Below are positions 37,211 to 40,829 of a stretch of 40,829 nucleotides of DNA, in pieces. Both the position numbers and the translations under genes were made by a program. This DNA comes from Escherichia phage P483: sequence record NC_028822.1; one strand, written 5' to 3'. Numbering within the stretch: position 1 is the first letter of the stretch; the number at the start of each line of letters is the position of its first letter. The notes under the pieces were generated by a model, which saw nothing but the letters and a program-made list of their open reading frames with translations, had not been told where the DNA came from and made no database searches.

Positions 37211-37412
37211 AGATACTCAATGGTCACTTACAGATAGGGACACAGAGACACTAAGTTATCCACAGAGTTACCAACAGTCTCACCTAAAGTTATCCACACA
37301 GCCTCTAACCTAGAGTTATCCACAGAGTTATCCATAGGTTATCCACAAGTTATCCACAAGTTATCTACAGGGTTACCCACAGGGGGGAAACCACTATGTA
37401 TGAACTATGAGA
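37190..37412 (-). repeat. Predicted terminal direct repeat with the left physical genome end at about 37412 (boundaries approximate)
   Basis: Minus strand from 37412 reads TCTCATAGTTCATACATAGTGG...CCCCCC, like the T3/T7 left end (TCTCA...) as recalled; GTGTCTCTGTGTCCCTATCTGT (37225-37250) matches the end of the T7 terminal repeat. Confidence 0.4.
37246..37381 (+). repeat. Array of eight DnaA-box-like 9-mers (five exact TTATCCACA) in the predicted terminal-repeat region
   Basis: TTATCCACA at 37246, 37290, 37316, 37339, 37350; TTATCCATA at 37328; TTATCTACA at 37361; TTACCCACA at 37373; all same orientation. Confidence 0.8.
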
Positions 37413-37667
37413 TACCCACTCAGATTTTTCTGTAGGATTCTTAAAGGGGTACATCAAGTCTCTCATAAGGTTATCCTTGGAGTGGCTATCATAAGGTGCT
37501 ACGTAGGGAGCATAGCGGTGAGACTACGTGAGAGACCCTAAGAGACCTTGTAGACCATTAAGGAATACATAAGGCTACCTCTTAGAGTTGACTTCTTACA
37601 GTGATTATAGGGAAGATGTATATCGACCATAATCACTAAGAGCGCGCACTAAGCGCCAATGAGCAGT

Positions 37668-37823
37668 CTAAGGAACACAAGTGAGTAGAGAACAAAGCAG
37701 AGTCTCCAGTTCACCGATGTGTTCAGCACTAGATGCGAGACCAATGGAAGCAGCAAGTACAACGAGAAATTTATAGGTCACTCGATGCGTTGCCAGTGTC
37801 TTGAGCACGGTTAGTAAGCGCAT
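37668..37823 (-). CDS. 19.5: Small protein (T7 gp19.5-like)
   Basis: 51 codons, MRLLTVLKTLATHRVTYKFLVVLAASIGLASSAEHIGELETLLCSLLTCVP; resembles T7 gp19.5 (HRVTYRFLVVL) as recalled; SD AAGGAGGA. Confidence 0.7.
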   Translation of the reverse strand: MRLLTVLKTLATHRVTYKFLVVLAASIGLASSAEHIGELETLLCSLLTCVP

Positions 37824-37981
37824 AGAGCGTCCTCCTTGTTATACTTGATGGTTACACTGATAGTTAGGGATGTAATTACTATTACTATCATCCCTCACTG
37901 TAAGGGTCTCTAAGAGTTAGTCACTAAGTATGCACTTTGCATATGCAGTCTTTAAGTGTCTTTAAGTTGTCTTAGGGTGCC

Positions 37982-38004
37982 CTTCCCAATAGTGAGTCGT
38001 ATTA
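37982..38004 (-). promoter_or_regulatory. Phage RNAP promoter phiOR
   Basis: Minus strand reads TAATACGACTCACTATTGGGAAG, downstream of the terminase gene. Confidence 0.85.
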
Positions 38005-38091
38005 ATTTCTTCATGTATATCAGTAAGTTACTTAATGGTAACATAGCGGTACTAAGTGCTTACCTATGCACCTTTCCCGCATACTTATCTA

Positions 38092-39849
38092 TTACCACTC
38101 AATGAAGCAGCTAGAATCTCCATCGTCCTCGTAGTAGATGTCCACGCCACCAACATCGTAGCTATGGATAGCATCACCACCAACGGTCTGTTTCTCCATG
38201 TGGTGTTCAAGGAACTCAAGGGTCATCTCTTCTTCACCTACACGGCTGTCCACAAGCATCCCTTCACGCAGGAACTCGATACCCAATGCGATAGCATCAA
38301 GTCGGTCATCGTGTGCCACAGCGCCTCGCTCACGGGTCATACGGGTCATCTGATAGAACGCACTGTAGCGAACATCATGTTTCCCATCAAGGTCACGAGC
38401 AGTCTGGTAGTCCTCACGGATAACCTCATCACGAATGACCAGCTTGTGCGCACCCATCAACGGTTCGATAGTATCGCAGATTCGCATCTCCTTCATGCCT
38501 TTAGCACGGATTTCCTCTAAGGCACACTTGTGATGCTTCAGGAGAATCGGAGAGAAAATCTTACCGAACATACCGTCACCGAAGTTGGACTCGTGGACTA
38601 CTGTCTGTACATTCCACTGCTTGGCCTTCTTAGCGAGCTTCTCTAGGGTAGCATCATCGTAACCACCACGGAACCCACCGACTTCCATCAAGTAGATATA
38701 ACCGTTAAGTGAGTAGAGGACTGCGTACCCGGTCTCATCCTTACCACGACCACTTGGGTCAATGACCAGAATCTTAGACTGATACTCAGCGGTACGAGAA
38801 GAGCACGTATGGAACGCATGGATGTCATCACCCTTCAGACCAACGTTAGGGAGTTCCTCATTGCGGTTCTGACGGTTCGGCAACCACTGGTAAGACAATG
38901 GGGCACGTTCAGGGTCCACAGCGCACACGATAGCGTCACGGAGTCGTAGCGGGTACTTCTCGGCATCACTAAGGTTCGGGTTAAGCATGAACTGAAGCGT
39001 GTAGCCAGCTTTGCCATATTCGAGTTCACGTTCACGGAGGTCATCCATGTCGAATCGAATAGGGTCAGTAGGTTGACCACGAAGTAACTCGAAGCCTTCA
39101 TCGTATTCAGCCTTAAGCATCGGAGCCAAGCGGTCCCCATAGTAGAGAGCCTCAGCATCATTACGTGGATACTGTGCAGGCCAGATTACCGTACTGTACC
39201 CTTTGTTATCCTCAAGTTCCTTGTAGAGCGTCATCTCGGTTTGAGGTGTGCCAAGGTAGATAACACGAGAGGTAGGCAGCGGCTTAAGTAATGCAGCGAA
39301 CTCAGTTACCAACGTCCAGAGCTTCTCACGAGCAGAACTCGTAGAGCTATTACCGGGAACCTCAACGTCATCTGCGATAATAATGTCAGCACGGCTACCA
39401 GTTAACTGACCAGTAATACCTACAGACTTCACAGAGGGTGAGTGGTCGGGTTTCGCCAAGCCAACGTCAAAGCTAATAACAGAGTCACGCTGTCCCGGTC
39501 GAGGTTTCAACTCAGAGAGGAACGGAAGGAGGTCGATGATGTTCTTAATGAAGATGGAGTTAGCGTCCGCACGTTCCTTAGAGGCAGACACGATGAGAAC
39601 CTTAAGTTGAGGGTCACGCCATAAGACCCACACGACGAACGCACAGGTGATAAAGGACTTGCCGATACCACGGAACGCCTGAAGGATAAACTTCTTGTGG
39701 TCGCCGTTAGCGAGTGTACGTGCCATATCAATCTGACACTTGGTTGGTTTAGGTAAGTTCAGAGCCTTCCATAAGACGAACAGGAAGGCCACGAAGTCAC
39801 CCTTAAGTTGCGCCACGATGAGCGCATTCTTGTTTGCTTGAGTAGACAT
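38092..39849 (-). CDS. 19: Terminase large subunit / DNA maturase B (T7 gp19-like)
   Basis: 585 aa (T7 gp19 is 586 aa); Walker-type ATPase and nuclease regions; SD TAGGAGG. Confidence 0.95.
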   Translation of the reverse strand: MSTQANKNALIVAQLKGDFVAFLFVLWKALNLPKPTKCQIDMARTLANGDHKKFILQAFRGIGKSFITCAFVVWVLWRDPQLKVLIVSASKERADANSIFIKNIIDLLPFLSELKPRPGQRDSVISFDVGLAKPDHSPSVKSVGITGQLTGSRADIIIADDVEVPGNSSTSSAREKLWTLVTEFAALLKPLPTSRVIYLGTPQTEMTLYKELEDNKGYSTVIWPAQYPRNDAEALYYGDRLAPMLKAEYDEGFELLRGQPTDPIRFDMDDLRERELEYGKAGYTLQFMLNPNLSDAEKYPLRLRDAIVCAVDPERAPLSYQWLPNRQNRNEELPNVGLKGDDIHAFHTCSSRTAEYQSKILVIDPSGRGKDETGYAVLYSLNGYIYLMEVGGFRGGYDDATLEKLAKKAKQWNVQTVVHESNFGDGMFGKIFSPILLKHHKCALEEIRAKGMKEMRICDTIEPLMGAHKLVIRDEVIREDYQTARDLDGKHDVRYSAFYQMTRMTRERGAVAHDDRLDAIALGIEFLREGMLVDSRVGEEEMTLEFLEHHMEKQTVGGDAIHSYDVGGVDIYYEDDGDSSCFIEW

Positions 39850-39864
39850 TGTGGCCTCCTATTG

Positions 39865-40422
39865 TTACTCGGCAGGTTTCTCTAAGGCAGCAATGCGCTT
39901 CTCAAGAGCCTTGATAGTGTCGGTCTTAGATACAGCCCCGTCGATGTTACTAGGTTGGAACATAACGGAAACGCTCTTCCCTTCGCTATCCACGAACTGT
40001 GTACCAAATTCACTATCAGACGCAGAAAGCGTTGCACTAACTAAGGAAGCCATACCACCTTCAGGTTCAGGGTCAGCACCAGTCCACTCTTTGTATACGT
40101 CGATTCGAACCATACCGAGTCGCTCAGTGCTTTGCTCATTCAGGAACACCGTCATGAACCCGCTACCCGGTTTAGACTCGACGGAGCCACCCCAAGTGGA
40201 CATAAGGGTCTCGAACGTAGCGTGTTGCTCAGTGGTGCCATCACTCAGTTGGATAACGTATTCAACCTTAGAGTAGCCCTCAACCTTAACCATCTCCGAA
40301 GCTGGGATGTCGATACGCCCAACACGAAGACCAATATTGTTGCGGTCGTACACATCACGACTGTCTGGTGAGCGACCATTGATGGTCCATAGTGTGCGGG
40401 TTCTTGAGTTTGTAGTAGCCAT
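39865..40422 (-). CDS. Hypothetical late protein inserted between Rz/Rz1 and terminase large subunit (no T7/T3 counterpart recognised)
   Basis: 185 aa ORF, ATG 40422 preceded by SD GAAGGAGAAG at optimal spacing; starts 3 nt after the Rz stop and ends 16 nt before the gene 19 start; no TM segment, no Cys, C-terminal amphipathic helix. Confidence 0.75.
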   Translation of the reverse strand: MATTNSRTRTLWTINGRSPDSRDVYDRNNIGLRVGRIDIPASEMVKVEGYSKVEYVIQLSDGTTEQHATFETLMSTWGGSVESKPGSGFMTVFLNEQSTERLGMVRIDVYKEWTGADPEPEGGMASLVSATLSASDSEFGTQFVDSEGKSVSVMFQPSNIDGAVSKTDTIKALEKRIAALEKPAE

Positions 40423-40424
40423 AA

Positions 40425-40829
40425 TTACTTCTCCTTCTTAGCTTGCATTTCAGTTATTGTATTTTGGAGCGCCTTAATCCACGCATCCCCTCTTTGAGTT
40501 ACTCCGATAAGACGCTTACTAAACTCTTCGTCAAGTTCGGCTCGACCATCAACGAGGCATCCACCATTAGCTTGGAGTTCTCGTGTGGTGGCTGATAGTT
40601 TGACGCGCAAGCGCTTACCATCGTTACGCAAATCATTAATGACCCTATCAGTGCTGCCCTCCAGCGCCGCAAGGTCTTCTTGGTATTGTCGTGAGATTTC
40701 GTTGATAGCAGCTTGTTTATCCTCAGTCGCCTTAACTTTCTTAACGTACTCATTGTGCACCTCCTGTTCCCATTTAGTGTTAGCTTTGTCATAGCCGTGG
40801 TTATACGCAAGGGTAACACCCAAGGCAAA
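40425..40829 (-). CDS. 18.5: i-spanin Rz (T7 gp18.5-like), 3' part; the 5' end lies beyond the window end (equivalent to 1..265)
   Basis: Continuous with the copy at the window start; resembles T7 gp18.5 as recalled. Confidence 0.8.
   Translation of the reverse strand, partial: FALGVTLAYNHGYDKANTKWEQEVHNEYVKKVKATEDKQAAINEISRQYQEDLAALEGSTDRVINDLRNDGKRLRVKLSATTRELQANGGCLVDGRAELDEEFSKRLIGVTQRGDAWIKALQNTITEMQAKKEK
40499..40753 (-). CDS. 18.7: o-spanin Rz1 (T7 gp18.7-like), embedded in Rz in the +1 frame
   Basis: ATG 40753 with SD GGAGGTG; MSTLRKLRRLRINK...LIGSLMICVTMVSACAS (lipoprotein signal and Cys) ...SLMVEPNLT resembles T7 gp18.7 as recalled. Confidence 0.8.
   Translation of the reverse strand: MSTLRKLRRLRINKLLSTKSHDNTKKTLRRWRAALIGSLMICVTMVSACASNYQPPHENSKLMVDASLMVEPNLTKSLVSVLSE
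40604..40829. repeat. 226-bp exact duplication of window positions 1-226 (circular-permutation overlap, not a biological repeat)
   Basis: Direct comparison of window start and end. Confidence 0.95.

Noticed and set aside
37136-37574. Possible CRISPR array suggested by the regularly spaced short repeats near the genome end
   Set aside because: Repeat units are only 7-9 bp with irregular spacers, lie in a phage terminal region and have no leader or cas context; they are terminal or packaging repeats and DnaA-box-like motifs

Overview
The window is a complete genome (about 40.6 kb) of a virulent T7-family podophage (Autographiviridae, T7/T3-like), given as the reverse complement of the conventional map and circularly permuted. 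Positions 1-226 are identical to 40604-40829, so the unit length is 40,603 bp and the break falls inside the Rz spanin gene. All convincing genes are on the minus strand in canonical T7 order. Gene identities come from reading the six-frame translations against T7/T3 protein sequences recalled from memory; no database search was run. Read from high to low coordinates the map is: early region (sigma70-type promoters, SAMase 0.3, kinase 0.7, RNA polymerase), class II DNA metabolism (ligase, SSB 2.5, endonuclease 3, lysozyme 3.5, primase-helicase 4, DNA polymerase 5, exonuclease 6), class III morphogenesis (portal 8, scaffold 9, capsid 10, tail 11/12, core 13-16, fiber 17), then lysis and packaging (holin 17.5, terminase small 18, Rz/Rz1, terminase large 19, 19.5). 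I found 16 phage-RNAP promoters with consensus TAATACGACTCACTATTGGGAGA (T7-like specificity, but T rather than A at -1), four host-type early promoters, Tphi-like and TE-like terminators, and six hairpins sharing a motif that look like RNase III processing sites. The genome is mosaic: the RNA polymerase and promoters are T7-type, while gene 0.3 is a T3-type SAMase and an extra gene sits in the T3 1.05 slot. Features that T7/T3 do not explain are: (1) a strongly translated 185-codon late gene between Rz/Rz1 and terminase large subunit, the best candidate for something undescribed; (2) a membrane-anchored coiled-coil early gene between gene 1 and 1.1; (3) an HNH/AP2 homing-endonuclease gene between ligase and the early terminator; (4) an array of eight DnaA-box-like 9-mers (five exact TTATCCACA) in the predicted terminal-repeat region; (5) a (TC)9 microsatellite at the phiOL start site; (6) internal duplications in the tail fiber and a roughly 180-residue insertion in gp16. 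No tRNA, CRISPR array, integrase or lysogeny module was seen.
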